Virus record (IMG/VR): IMGVR_UViG_3300010002_000006
Coordinates: 62,001-126,000 of that record
DNA from: an uncultured virus (IMG/VR IMGVR_UViG_3300010002_000006)
Lineage: Duplodnaviria > Heunggongvirae > Uroviricota > Caudoviricetes
Reading direction: 5' to 3' (one strand)
Length of the DNA: 64,000 nt
The notes under the pieces were generated by a model. The model was given only the letters and a program-made list of their open reading frames with translations, searched no databases and was not told the origin of the DNA. Both the position numbers and the translations under genes were made by a program. This document shows positions 1 through 9,508 of the stretch, piece after piece (the first letter of the stretch is position 1; every line of letters starts with the position of its first letter).

Positions 1-976
1 ACAGATTCTTAACACGCCCGTCAAATGCCCGGAATAAAGTCACCAACCACCCGTTACCTTCAACGTTAAACGCCGAGTTCTCAGAATCCCCACCCAGTCC
101 TTCAAAAGAACCCGTAATCGGTGGTGGGAGGTAAATCCCTGATCCGTAGTAACCAAATGGAAGTTCTGCCTGTAACAGGTAATCTTCCGTTACCGGTTGC
201 ACTTCGGTAATCAGTCGTGCGAAACCACGGGGTGTTGAGAACAGGTCACTGCGTTCACCCTCAGAGTCTTGCTGTGGGGTAGCGGTAAAGTAGTTCGGGA
301 TATTTCCAGCATCCACATCCACAGGTTTCACATCGTGCGGGTTGACGTAGTTGCGGCTGTGGTCCATGATGGCACCCCACTTGAGCTTTTGAATATAGTT
401 CAAGCGCGAGTACATCTCGGTCTGCAGTTTATCCAACAAGGTAACAACCCGGTTTCCGTCAAACTTCTGACTGTTGGTAAACATGGTCAACAGTTCAATC
501 AGTCCGCCAAACCCAACCAGTTCATCCGGGTTCTGAATGTCGTGGCTGTGGCGTGAAGGGTAATAGCTGGCTGGCTTATTACCGACCTGGGTATCGAAGT
601 CCACGGGTTTACCTGAGATCACCATGTCTTCGAGCATCTGTAACAATGTCTTAACAGAGATAACCGGTTTACCCACACGCTGGTAGATAACTTCGACTTC
701 ACCGCGGCTGGCAATCACATCGTCAGTGAGTTCGATGTATAGGCAAACAGCTTTGCCCGTTGAGACGGTTAAATCGGTGACTTCTTCAACAGCTTTGAAT
801 TTGCTGCTGTCAATATCCAGCCCACCTTTTAAGATGCGTAAGCTGTCTTTATAGAACGGACCTTCTTCAGGGACAATCCAGGATCCCGAGATCTTGGCAA
901 GGTCGACAATATCGGTTTTCTCGTAGTCGCGATTTTTCGCAGTACGGTCGATGTCGACGATTTGTATATCTTTCAT
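1..976 (-). CDS. Tail fibre/baseplate-associated virion protein, N-terminal part (runs off the window)
   Basis: Not in the ORF track. Manual translation from ATG at 976 (MKDIQIVDIDRTAKNRDYEK...) is open to base 1. Shares IVPEEGPFYK, NPHDV..VDAGNIPN and PPPITGSFEGLGG with the N-terminus of 1036..4719. Confidence 0.8.
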   Translation of the reverse strand, partial: MKDIQIVDIDRTAKNRDYEKTDIVDLAKISGSWIVPEEGPFYKDSLRILKGGLDIDSSKFKAVEEVTDLTVSTGKAVCLYIELTDDVIASRGEVEVIYQRVGKPVISVKTLLQMLEDMVISGKPVDFDTQVGNKPASYYPSRHSHDIQNPDELVGFGGLIELLTMFTNSQKFDGNRVVTLLDKLQTEMYSRLNYIQKLKWGAIMDHSRNYVNPHDVKPVDVDAGNIPNYFTATPQQDSEGERSDLFSTPRGFARLITEVQPVTEDYLLQAELPFGYYGSGIYLPPPITGSFEGLGGDSENSAFNVEGNGWLVTLFRAFDGRVKNL

Positions 977-997
977 CTAAGCCTCGACAAATAAACT

Positions 998-1023
998 ATG
1001 GAGCGATCAAAAGATCGCCCCAT
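998..1023 (-). terminator. Intergenic hairpin, probable terminator or attenuator
   Basis: ATGGAGCGATC-AAAA-GATCGCCCCAT between two co-directional genes; minus strand continues AGTTTATTTG. Confidence 0.5.
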
Positions 1024-1035
1024 GAGTTATTTAAG

Positions 1036-4000
1036 TTAAGAAATGTAATCGCCGTCCAACAGAATTTGAGCTGTCACGCCCGGTGCAAATACTGAACCAC
1101 TGCTTGCCAGTATCGCCGACCCTTTACGTACCGAACTGATTTGTGCTCCGTCCATGGTGAAACGGTTATACGGTTCAATTCGATCGATCTGGGTAGGACC
1201 GTTGACGACTTTGGCAATCATTGCCTGAGAAGAGGACTCAGGTAACACGTTACGACTTATACTGTAAGTTGCCTGTCCATTGAGATAACTCAGGTAAACA
1301 TAAAACACCTTGTTTGCCGGGTTAGGATCCAACGCCATGATATCAATGTAGGTTGCCGGAATGTTGTACATCTTTCCTGCAATCAGAACGTTTTTTGCCT
1401 GCTGGAAATAGACCGTAAATTGAGGAGTAAGGATATTACTCATCCCAATGACAGGGTCGCCGATATATTTGCTCTGCGCCATGTTATCATAGAGGTTGCC
1501 GGTGTTATCCCAGATATTGGCACCGATTGCTGCGCCCTCAAATGTCAAGGTTCCGACATCTGCGTAACCTGGGCCGTAGTACGGCATGGTACACACGGTG
1601 TTATCCGTTCCCCAGTCCTGAATAAACCTTTCCCCAAGCTTGGTGATCTCGCTACCATCTGCTTTGATCTCCAAGACGTACCCTGGTGGCAAGGAGCCGC
1701 CGTAACTATCATACCGAGTACTGGTGCTCATGATTACGACATATCCTGATGTATCAGGAGATCCGTTAACCATTCCTTTATAAGGAACGCCGACGAAGTA
1801 AGGCAGAGATGCTCCATTACCACGATAGTTAGGATGGCGGTACACCGAGTTCGGTCCTCGATCAGGACGAAGTTCAGTCTTCACTGGGGACTTCACCGCA
1901 CACGTTGCGGTAGGATAAAGCGAATACCCATTCACCGTTGTAGGTGTTCCGGCCGGTGATAAACTGGTAATGACTGCACCCACAGTAAGATCGCGGTTTA
2001 CCAGTCTCCAGACGATCCACACTGCATGCCATTCCCCACTGGGACTGAGTGCCATATGAACTGCCCACGTTTCCCTAACCTGGAAATCACTGAACCCTGC
2101 GGTAGCAAATGCCGGGACAATGACATTGGTCAAGGTCGCTTTCAGATCAATCGCAATCGATGGGGTTACTGACATCACACCATTTGCGGTTTTAATCGCC
2201 ACTTCATACGGCATGACAGAATCACCAAAGAAGCGATCCTGACCATTAGGATAACTGGTTGGGGTCGAACCATCGATGTTGGTGTCACACGTTGCACCCA
2301 GAAACTTCTTCTGGTTACCGGCATTGTTACGCCCAGGGAACGGCATCTGGGTTCCCGGATAAACCTGCAGACCCATGGTACATTTGAGTCCTGCTGGAGT
2401 AAACGGATAATGGCGCCAGCTCTTGCCCTGGAATGTAGTCACGTTACCCGGCGGAACATGATCCCAATTGCTGTTCATGTAATTAACCGGACGGAAGAAC
2501 CAGGTCGCCTCAGGTCCCTCAAACTGACGCACCAAAATGCCTGCTTTGGTGTAATCGTCATTATCAGAGGAGAGCAGACGCTGGATCGCAAACTGACTGG
2601 TCATTCCCAGGGGGTTTTTCTCGGTGAACGTCTTCTTGTTATACAACAAGTTGAAATTACTTTCGTTGTTAGGTGGATCCAACAACGTTTTATAATCGTT
2701 CAAGAAGGTCGCTTTACCTACGGTATATGCCGGCGGGAATGCCACACCCTGAGTTCCCTGCGCAAACTGTACATAACCACCGGTCAGTACTGCAGAGCCA
2801 GTTAAGTCCATACCTTCAGCCAAGGTAATGTTGGTCGCCACGTTCTTCATGTAATCCGTCCACTCTTTGGTGTTGGGATTATTAATGTCGATGGTATAAA
2901 GACGATCATTGCCAGGTGCGGGCACCACAGTGACCGTGAAGTCTGCACCGTTCCTAACAATCTTTAACGTAGCCCGGAAGACACCCTGATGTTGGATGTT
3001 GCCGAGTGATGACTGTGCGCGGGCGATGTGTTCATAGCGGAATGAATACTCACCAAAGTTTCCGTTGTTCAACCAATAGGCAAAGATTGAGCGGAAGTTC
3101 AAAACGTTTATAATCGGTGGGTTATAGATCGCATAGGCAGACGTGGTGACGTATTGCCCGTTGATCTTCTCCACTTTAGGTAGCCAAGGCGCCCAGTATT
3201 TATCCCGAAAGTTACCAAAGATCGGATGGGTATAGTCAACCGTTGCTCGTTTGATACTTCCTGATTTACCGGCCACAATGTTAAAGCTACAGCCCGCATT
3301 AATGATACTGCCGTTACCCCAAACCTGCGCACCCAGCGTGGCGTAGTCCGGGTATTGATTAGGGCGACGTTTAACAAACTCTTGAACGATATAGGGTTGG
3401 ATGATAGCCCAGTAATCACCGTAGTTCTCATCTGCCACAATCGATGCCAGGCCCGAAGTTTCATAGACGTCACTGACGTTGCTCGGTGCAGCCATGTCTT
3501 GAGAGACCCACTCACCGGAGAGCGGAATCAATACATGACGTTCTGGGTTAAAGGTTCCGTGGGTTTCACACCACCACCATAAGTTCTTAACACGGTCACC
3601 CACTACCATTACATATCGGTTAGATCCATTAATAATGGTGTCCAATGTTGCACCGGCTGCCGTAGCAGTGGGATGCTGATACATATAGGAAGTGAAGTCG
3701 TAGTTGGGTTCGGTTTGCTGCCAGTTAGTACAGCGAATGAAATACAGACCACGATACTTACCGTTGTTACGGTGAGTCATCACTAATAAAGTACCGTCTG
3801 TCTCAACCACTGCACCGCTACGACGACTGGTTCCACCTAATCCTTCAAAACTCCCACTGATGGTCGGAGGAATAAAGGTATCTGAGCCGTAGCGCAGCAA
3901 CGGAAGAGAGCCTGACGGAAACAGCTTGTCATTGCGTCCAGACGAGGCCTCAGCGACTTTTGCGGCGTTATACACAGTAATGCGTAAGTCATCGCGTAAA

Positions 4001-4719
4001 CCTTCCAGAGTCTCATCCAGGGTGGCTGTGGCGATGTTGTCCACATTTCCCAGTCCAATGACTTTGTTGTCAACGCCGTGGGCGTTTGATTTGTTGGCGC
4101 TGTGTGAATCAATCAGATCTTTGATAACTTTCTTATAGCCATCAATGTAGGTCTGCAGGTGATCCTGAAACGATGTCAGCATCTCTTCAAACACTGGTTT
4201 CACCGAGGCGGCATACGTCGCTAATCGGTTCAACTCTTTTACCAGATCGGTAAAGCCAAAGATGTCATACGCCAGATCATGCTGGTGAATCTTGGGAATG
4301 AACCACAGCGGTTTATCCGTGATGTTCTTCCACATGACATAACGGTCATCTTCATAGATGGCGTGCAGCATGTTTAAGATCTGACCGGTTAAAACATTGA
4401 AGTTTCCCACCACCTGATAGTCCATCTTCCACTCTAAGATCTCATCTTTTAAGATGCGAACAAAGAGTCCCACCGGTTTCCCGGTATACTGGGTGAGTTT
4501 GGACATGATTCCGTAGAACTCATAATCATCATTCTCAACCAGGAGTTTACCGGTGCGGTCATACATCTTAAATGACTTCTGGTAAAACGGGCCTTTGGGT
4601 GGAATAAATATCTGGTTGTTCTCAACTTGGGTGCGCTGCTTGTGTTCTTGCAGTACCAGGTTGAATTTGGAATTGGCGGTGAGATCAAGTTTATATAAAG
4701 GTACGTCTTGTTTGATCAT
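1036..4719 (-). CDS. Large tail fibre/tail-tip virion protein
   Basis: 1227 aa. NAHGVDNKVIGLGNVDN resembles the tail-fibre NPH.V...VGLGNVDN motif; long G/T/N/Y-rich C-terminal region; paralogous to both neighbours. Confidence 0.7.
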   Translation of the reverse strand: MIKQDVPLYKLDLTANSKFNLVLQEHKQRTQVENNQIFIPPKGPFYQKSFKMYDRTGKLLVENDDYEFYGIMSKLTQYTGKPVGLFVRILKDEILEWKMDYQVVGNFNVLTGQILNMLHAIYEDDRYVMWKNITDKPLWFIPKIHQHDLAYDIFGFTDLVKELNRLATYAASVKPVFEEMLTSFQDHLQTYIDGYKKVIKDLIDSHSANKSNAHGVDNKVIGLGNVDNIATATLDETLEGLRDDLRITVYNAAKVAEASSGRNDKLFPSGSLPLLRYGSDTFIPPTISGSFEGLGGTSRRSGAVVETDGTLLVMTHRNNGKYRGLYFIRCTNWQQTEPNYDFTSYMYQHPTATAAGATLDTIINGSNRYVMVVGDRVKNLWWWCETHGTFNPERHVLIPLSGEWVSQDMAAPSNVSDVYETSGLASIVADENYGDYWAIIQPYIVQEFVKRRPNQYPDYATLGAQVWGNGSIINAGCSFNIVAGKSGSIKRATVDYTHPIFGNFRDKYWAPWLPKVEKINGQYVTTSAYAIYNPPIINVLNFRSIFAYWLNNGNFGEYSFRYEHIARAQSSLGNIQHQGVFRATLKIVRNGADFTVTVVPAPGNDRLYTIDINNPNTKEWTDYMKNVATNITLAEGMDLTGSAVLTGGYVQFAQGTQGVAFPPAYTVGKATFLNDYKTLLDPPNNESNFNLLYNKKTFTEKNPLGMTSQFAIQRLLSSDNDDYTKAGILVRQFEGPEATWFFRPVNYMNSNWDHVPPGNVTTFQGKSWRHYPFTPAGLKCTMGLQVYPGTQMPFPGRNNAGNQKKFLGATCDTNIDGSTPTSYPNGQDRFFGDSVMPYEVAIKTANGVMSVTPSIAIDLKATLTNVIVPAFATAGFSDFQVRETWAVHMALSPSGEWHAVWIVWRLVNRDLTVGAVITSLSPAGTPTTVNGYSLYPTATCAVKSPVKTELRPDRGPNSVYRHPNYRGNGASLPYFVGVPYKGMVNGSPDTSGYVVIMSTSTRYDSYGGSLPPGYVLEIKADGSEITKLGERFIQDWGTDNTVCTMPYYGPGYADVGTLTFEGAAIGANIWDNTGNLYDNMAQSKYIGDPVIGMSNILTPQFTVYFQQAKNVLIAGKMYNIPATYIDIMALDPNPANKVFYVYLSYLNGQATYSISRNVLPESSSQAMIAKVVNGPTQIDRIEPYNRFTMDGAQISSVRKGSAILASSGSVFAPGVTAQILLDGDYIS

Positions 4720-4739
4720 TATCCAAAAGCCTTATAGAA

Positions 4740-4769
4740 CTTAACTGAGGGTTCACCCCCTCAGTTAAG
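4740..4769 (-). terminator. Intergenic hairpin
   Basis: CTTAACTGAGGG-TTCACC-CCCTCAGTTAAG, 12-bp perfect stem. Confidence 0.55.
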
Positions 4770-4778
4770 AAAAGTTAA

Positions 4779-5537
4779 CTAGGTCCACTGTCCGGTTTGG
4801 AAACCACGAATCATCTCTTTCACCAAAGCGATATTGGTCAGCAGTTCGGTGGAGTTTCCTTTGATATCCGCGCTGGTACCCATGCCCCAATCTTTGAGAT
4901 TGTTCACCCCAAGATCCCCCAAGGTTGCTTTGTGGGCATCCTGTAACTCGGCGGCCAGGTGAGCTTCAAAGCGACTCATCCAGGTGGCATCCGGGGTTTG
5001 CATCACGGCATTCATGTAGGAGGTCATCCAGACAATCAGGTCACCGTAGTTCATGGTATCCGAGGCCGGTTGCTGATGCGGGTCTGGCTGCCATTCAGTT
5101 GGCAGGTTAACCAGGTTCTCCCAAGGCGTGGTGCGCGGTGAGGTTAACTGGTTCGCCACCGCTTCGGCGTAGGCAATGTCACTCAAGACAAAGTCGCCAC
5201 CGATGGTGTCGTAATCCAGTAACACATCTACTGGAGATTCCACATCGCGTAACTGAATCGCCCCCCATACCAGTCGGTTATATTTCTGGTTGAAGCGACC
5301 AAACGGATGGAGGAAACTGTAATCGCCCGCTTCCAATGACAGGGGACGACCGGACTCCAGCAAGGTGATTTTCACATCCCGGCTAAAGAAAGGTCCATTG
5401 CGTGGAACAATAATCCCAGCGCCGTTTTTATCGGCCTGCTGCTGTTCACCGGTGATTCGTGAGGCAACGATATCTTGGAAAGGGTTCCAGGGATACGTGA
5501 TCTTACCGGCGACAGTAAGTTTTGCATCATTTGACAT
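4779..5537 (-). CDS. Virion structural protein, short paralogue of the tail-fibre N-terminal module
   Basis: 252 aa; IVPRNGPFFS, WENLVNLP..W.PDPHQQ and AHKATLGDLGV align by eye with the two downstream genes. Confidence 0.65.
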   Translation of the reverse strand: MSNDAKLTVAGKITYPWNPFQDIVASRITGEQQQADKNGAGIIVPRNGPFFSRDVKITLLESGRPLSLEAGDYSFLHPFGRFNQKYNRLVWGAIQLRDVESPVDVLLDYDTIGGDFVLSDIAYAEAVANQLTSPRTTPWENLVNLPTEWQPDPHQQPASDTMNYGDLIVWMTSYMNAVMQTPDATWMSRFEAHLAAELQDAHKATLGDLGVNNLKDWGMGTSADIKGNSTELLTNIALVKEMIRGFQTGQWT

Positions 5538-5573
5538 TAATCATGTTCCTCTGAAAAAAGGTTTTTCTAACGC

Positions 5574-6797
5574 ATGTATACATACAAATATTCGGTGGGG
5601 CGATACAAAAACTATAGACCGGGTTACCACCTTGTGGACATCTCTGCCTACAGTGTTGCCGACCTCGAGAAGCTTTTTGATATCCTTTATATTGTCGTCA
5701 ACGACGGGTTCTATAAAACCGATATCTCGATTGCTCTTGAGGATTATCGTTTTTCATTCGCCAAAAATCCAACCATGACAATTGGGGAGTGGTTAACATC
5801 CCAAAATGAAAATAACCTTAAGTCAGCACGGGTCTTCCCAGGCGAAAAATACCAGTACGTAAAACTGGAAAGGATATTCACTTATGGGTATTTCCATTAT
5901 CCGGCTGATTTAAATCTTGCAAATGATAGACAGGACACCCTGCTGTCAGATGCTGCACCCGATGTGCGAATTGCTCACTATAAATATGACAATGTAGATT
6001 ACGCGAAAATCAATGAACACGCGTTATTCACAGTCAATGGTGTGTTTGTACGCAGCATCGCTCGCGACGACGGAATCTATCTCAAAGGGGTGGGGCTTGA
6101 CTATATCGCTCACCGTCAGGACTTGCGGATTGGCGCGCTGAACTTTGAGAAACTAGGAACAGTGAAGACCGTTCCTATGGACCAGAATAACCTGCTTGAA
6201 GAAGAGTTCGAGATGGGCGTTCGATGGTCCTTTAAACTTGACAACATCACCAACAAAACGGTGTATGCCGTTGTCAATGGACAGCTCTTGGTGGATCCCA
6301 ACATGGTCTATCGGGTTGCTGATGATCGGGTAGCGTTGGACCTGACGTCGTTTGATGTCGCCCATCATTACCTTAACTACAAGGAGTACACCCGTACCCC
6401 GAAACTTGCGCTGTTCTCAAAGTTTGAAACTTATAAGCGTGCAGCTTTACTTGCACACAACAGTTTCTTTGTTATCATTGATAACCCAAGTCTCGGTATT
6501 GACGTTGAACCAACCACAACGTTTTCGTTTCCCAATGTGCTGCACACCACAGAACGTTTCCAGCATCCAGTGGTGTTAGACAACGGAATGTTCCCGACGC
6601 CGTATATTCGTTCCTACGGTATCAAGCAGCGGCTGTTAAATCACGATCTTCGTGTCTATAACAAATATCCTTTTATGAGTGCCGGAGCATTAGGCGGTAA
6701 CGTACTCATCAACGACGCGGTTAACCAAGGTGACCCTGGACGACTCTCGAAAGGATGGCTGTTTAAGATTCACGGTCTCACTCTCAAGGTATCTTAA
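5574..6797 (+). CDS. Hypothetical protein, probably virion structural
   Basis: 407-aa ORF; stop overlaps next start (TAATG). Confidence 0.55.
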   Translation: MYTYKYSVGRYKNYRPGYHLVDISAYSVADLEKLFDILYIVVNDGFYKTDISIALEDYRFSFAKNPTMTIGEWLTSQNENNLKSARVFPGEKYQYVKLERIFTYGYFHYPADLNLANDRQDTLLSDAAPDVRIAHYKYDNVDYAKINEHALFTVNGVFVRSIARDDGIYLKGVGLDYIAHRQDLRIGALNFEKLGTVKTVPMDQNNLLEEEFEMGVRWSFKLDNITNKTVYAVVNGQLLVDPNMVYRVADDRVALDLTSFDVAHHYLNYKEYTRTPKLALFSKFETYKRAALLAHNSFFVIIDNPSLGIDVEPTTTFSFPNVLHTTERFQHPVVLDNGMFPTPYIRSYGIKQRLLNHDLRVYNKYPFMSAGALGGNVLINDAVNQGDPGRLSKGWLFKIHGLTLKVS

Positions 6798-7240
6798 TGG
6801 AAGGCACTCAATCTAAACTGCAGGCACTGAACACCATTGCCCTGTGGATCATTACCCTCGTTGTTGTGGGGTATTTAGTTTTTAAGCCCACCAATAACAT
6901 CAGTAAAGAAACGGTTGACCGTCTGGCCAATGTGGTGACCAAACTCGGCGAGGCGTCAGAGAACATGACGAAGCTGGCTGACTCGCAACGAGAATGGGTA
7001 GCCACGCTTCAACAACAAGCACTGAAGAATGAACTTCAGCGTAACAAAGAGTATGGCGATGTATATAAAAACAATGGGTACCTGGATCCGCAAGACGCTT
7101 CTCTTAGTCTTAATGATCTCTATAACAGCAAGCTGCACATCGAAGCCCAAGATAACGGACGCGGACACGTTCGTGGACTCCAAGGTCCAGATAGCAAAGC
7201 TGGAGCTGTACAAGAGTCAACTGGCCACTCTAAAGGATAG
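6797..7240 (+). CDS. Putative inner-membrane spanin (Rz-like)
   Basis: One N-terminal TM helix (IALWIITLVVVGYLVF) followed by a coiled-coil-like region; 3' part overlaps a lipoprotein ORF. Confidence 0.65.
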   Translation: MEGTQSKLQALNTIALWIITLVVVGYLVFKPTNNISKETVDRLANVVTKLGEASENMTKLADSQREWVATLQQQALKNELQRNKEYGDVYKNNGYLDPQDASLSLNDLYNSKLHIEAQDNGRGHVRGLQGPDSKAGAVQESTGHSKG

Positions 7241-7577
7241 CTTAATCAGCATCCCGGCTGAGGTCTATAGTAAAGACTGGAAGGTGCGGGAATCCAATAT
7301 TGGTAAGCTTGACTATTACCTTCAGAACAACAACTGTATGACGGTGGAAGATACACAAGGGTGCTACCGTGAGACCCGTTTAATCTTGATCACCACCACC
7401 AAAGAGTTGGACGCAGCCAATGACAAGATTAACTTGCTTAATCAGGTTGTGGATCGACTCAGTGGAAATGTCAGTGCCATCATTGACAACCTGGATGACC
7501 AAAAAGCCAGCGAGATGAATCTCAAAGACAAAGTGGTAAAACAGGTAACCGGGGATACCCGTGCTCTTTTGAAATAG
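7074..7577 (+). CDS. Putative outer-membrane lipoprotein spanin (Rz1-like)
   Basis: From ATG 7074: MGTWIRKTLLLVLMISITASC, a basic n-region, hydrophobic core and lipobox-like TASC; starts inside the Rz-like gene in another frame. Start codon not certain. Confidence 0.65.
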   Translation: MGTWIRKTLLLVLMISITASCTSKPKITDADTFVDSKVQIAKLELYKSQLATLKDSLISIPAEVYSKDWKVRESNIGKLDYYLQNNNCMTVEDTQGCYRETRLILITTTKELDAANDKINLLNQVVDRLSGNVSAIIDNLDDQKASEMNLKDKVVKQVTGDTRALLK

Positions 7578-7586
7578 TGTACACAG

Positions 7587-7619
7587 TTACTCTACTCACC
7601 TTTCGGGTGAGTAGAGTAA
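7587..7619. terminator. CTAC...GTAG family hairpin at a convergent junction
   Basis: TTACTCTACTCACC-TTTCG-GGTGAGTAGAGTAA, 14-bp stem. Confidence 0.75.
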
Positions 7620-7633
7620 TATGTTTCTTAATT

Positions 7634-8311
7634 TTATTTCTGAGGTGTAGCAAGCACACTGGCCAATTTGTTCCGCCAAACATCAAACGCACTGGTGCCT
7701 TTAATCACGGCGTTCAGGGTTGCATTGGCACGAACAAAGTTCCAGGAGGTGATGATCGGACCGATTACCACCATAAAGAGCTGAGGATCACCTGGGAGCT
7801 TATGACCCGATAACATGGTGTCATGGATCGTCCAGGTAAACAACAGGCTACAAAAGCAAATCACGTGTGTTGAGAAGGTACCGGCGATGGCGCGCAGCAG
7901 TACTGTGGTTGGACCCACAATCTCACGTTCAAAAGCGATGTCGTGTTGTGACACCAGTCCAGCGGTGGGTTTCACCATAACAGGGGGCTGTTCAGGGAGT
8001 TCTACGCCATGAGCGATCTCTTGCTCAGGGTCGGTGTCTGTGGTACCAACAATGGTGGCAATCACAGATTTCGCATTAACAAAGTTAAGCGTGATGATAA
8101 TTGGACCGATACTCATCAAGATCCAGGTAATCAAACCTGGCCAGTCAGTTGCGCCCGTGGTAACACCCCGGTGAATCGACCAGATAAACACGGCACTCAT
8201 TACAGAAACCGTTAAGCAGGAGTTAAACCCAGATACCGCCCGGAGTACTACCGGAATACGATCCCAAGGTTTAACTTCATACTTGGTTTTAACTTCCAAG
8301 ACAGGTGCCAT
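7634..8311 (-). CDS. Membrane protein with internal duplication, holin candidate
   Basis: Two similar halves (LRA..G...F.W.IH......PG......IGPII...NFV.A), each with about two hydrophobic helices; adjacent to spanin-like genes. Confidence 0.5.
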   Translation of the reverse strand: MAPVLEVKTKYEVKPWDRIPVVLRAVSGFNSCLTVSVMSAVFIWSIHRGVTTGATDWPGLITWILMSIGPIIITLNFVNAKSVIATIVGTTDTDPEQEIAHGVELPEQPPVMVKPTAGLVSQHDIAFEREIVGPTTVLLRAIAGTFSTHVICFCSLLFTWTIHDTMLSGHKLPGDPQLFMVVIGPIITSWNFVRANATLNAVIKGTSAFDVWRNKLASVLATPQK

Positions 8312-8864
8312 CGGACACGTCCCATCCCAAGCTTTTATAATACTGGACTGCGGTATACAACGCGATCAAGATCCCGTCGTTGGCATCCCAGGTGAGTTTG
8401 TCCAAGTCAAATCCATTTAAATCCAGGAAAGGACATTTTTTCAAACCCTCTCTCACATCTTCCTTGCCGGCGCCAGGGAAATCAGCCTTGACAATCTTTT
8501 TGGCCAATCGTGGCAACACGAGTTTGAAAGGGGTGTCGGCTTTGTGGGTAACAGTATAGATGTTCAAATACGACACAACTTCAATAAGACGTTTAAAGCT
8601 GGCTGGGTTAGGACCTAGGAAGTTGTCTTCACATCCCACCACAACCGGATCGATCATGTCGAACACGTGACCGTAGGCACGGGTAAGACCTTTGGCGCGT
8701 ACTTGGTCCTGACTGTCAGCGCGTACCCCAAACTCATTGTGCTCACCGTTTAAGGTATCCGCATAAATCAGTTTGAACTTCTTACGCTCATAACAATCGA
8801 CTTCTAGTGCTGCTGCACCAAGTTGACCAGTTGCTGGGTCAATTCCTAAAATTCTAACACTCAT
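8289..8864 (-). CDS. ruvC: RuvC-like Holliday junction resolvase
   Basis: N-terminal ILGIDP, central VGCED and C-terminal DANDGILIA match the RuvC acidic catalytic motifs. Confidence 0.85.
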   Translation of the reverse strand: MSVRILGIDPATGQLGAAALEVDCYERKKFKLIYADTLNGEHNEFGVRADSQDQVRAKGLTRAYGHVFDMIDPVVVGCEDNFLGPNPASFKRLIEVVSYLNIYTVTHKADTPFKLVLPRLAKKIVKADFPGAGKEDVREGLKKCPFLDLNGFDLDKLTWDANDGILIALYTAVQYYKSLGWDVSDGTCLGS

Positions 8865-8868
8865 AATT

Positions 8869-9492
8869 TTATCTCACAACAAGTGCATAGAGAACATACT
8901 CTCCATACATCATTAACTCCAACACGGCTAAACATTTAGCTTCAGGATTGAAGTTATATACGCGCGGTGCATCTTTGCCACTGCCAATATACCGCAGGGT
9001 AAAATACGCCGTCGTGCATCCCTGACTTGGGTTCGAGGTCCAGCCATCCCCGATGTTGTAATTGTTCAACAGGTTCATCAGTTTAAACGTTTTATCGTTA
9101 CCCACTAAACCTGAGTCGTAACGCACATCAATCGGTGCATCACGCAAGAACGCAAGCTCACTCTCGCTATTGAGTACTACAGAGAAATTCTTTATAACGT
9201 TGGCAAAGATAAAAGCTTTGGGGTGAGTTAACACCTCATTCAACCCCACATTGCCGTGCGCACTTTCGGTGTCGATCACCACCCAATCACGTTCGCCGCT
9301 TGAGGCTCTAATCCCCTCCAGGGTCAACAGACCCTGGTCACCGGTATAAGGAAGTCGGTCTTCGTAAACACTGGGATCAAGGTCTAATCCATAGCGCTCA
9401 TTGAGTGCCGGAATAACTGCACTCACCGTTGACCACTTACTCAGGGACATATGAAGCGGAGAAACTGACTGGGACTTATCTGGTTCACTCAC
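8869..9492 (-). CDS. Hypothetical protein
   Basis: 207 aa, GTG start with GAGGGG upstream, tightly packed in the operon. Confidence 0.6.
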   Translation of the reverse strand: MSEPDKSQSVSPLHMSLSKWSTVSAVIPALNERYGLDLDPSVYEDRLPYTGDQGLLTLEGIRASSGERDWVVIDTESAHGNVGLNEVLTHPKAFIFANVIKNFSVVLNSESELAFLRDAPIDVRYDSGLVGNDKTFKLMNLLNNYNIGDGWTSNPSQGCTTAYFTLRYIGSGKDAPRVYNFNPEAKCLAVLELMMYGEYVLYALVVR

Positions 9493-9508
9493 AATAAGTC
9501 CCCTCTAC

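Noticed and set aside
7577..7813. 78-aa plus-strand ORF after the spanin-like genes
   Set aside because: It runs through the hairpin and is antisense to the membrane protein gene.
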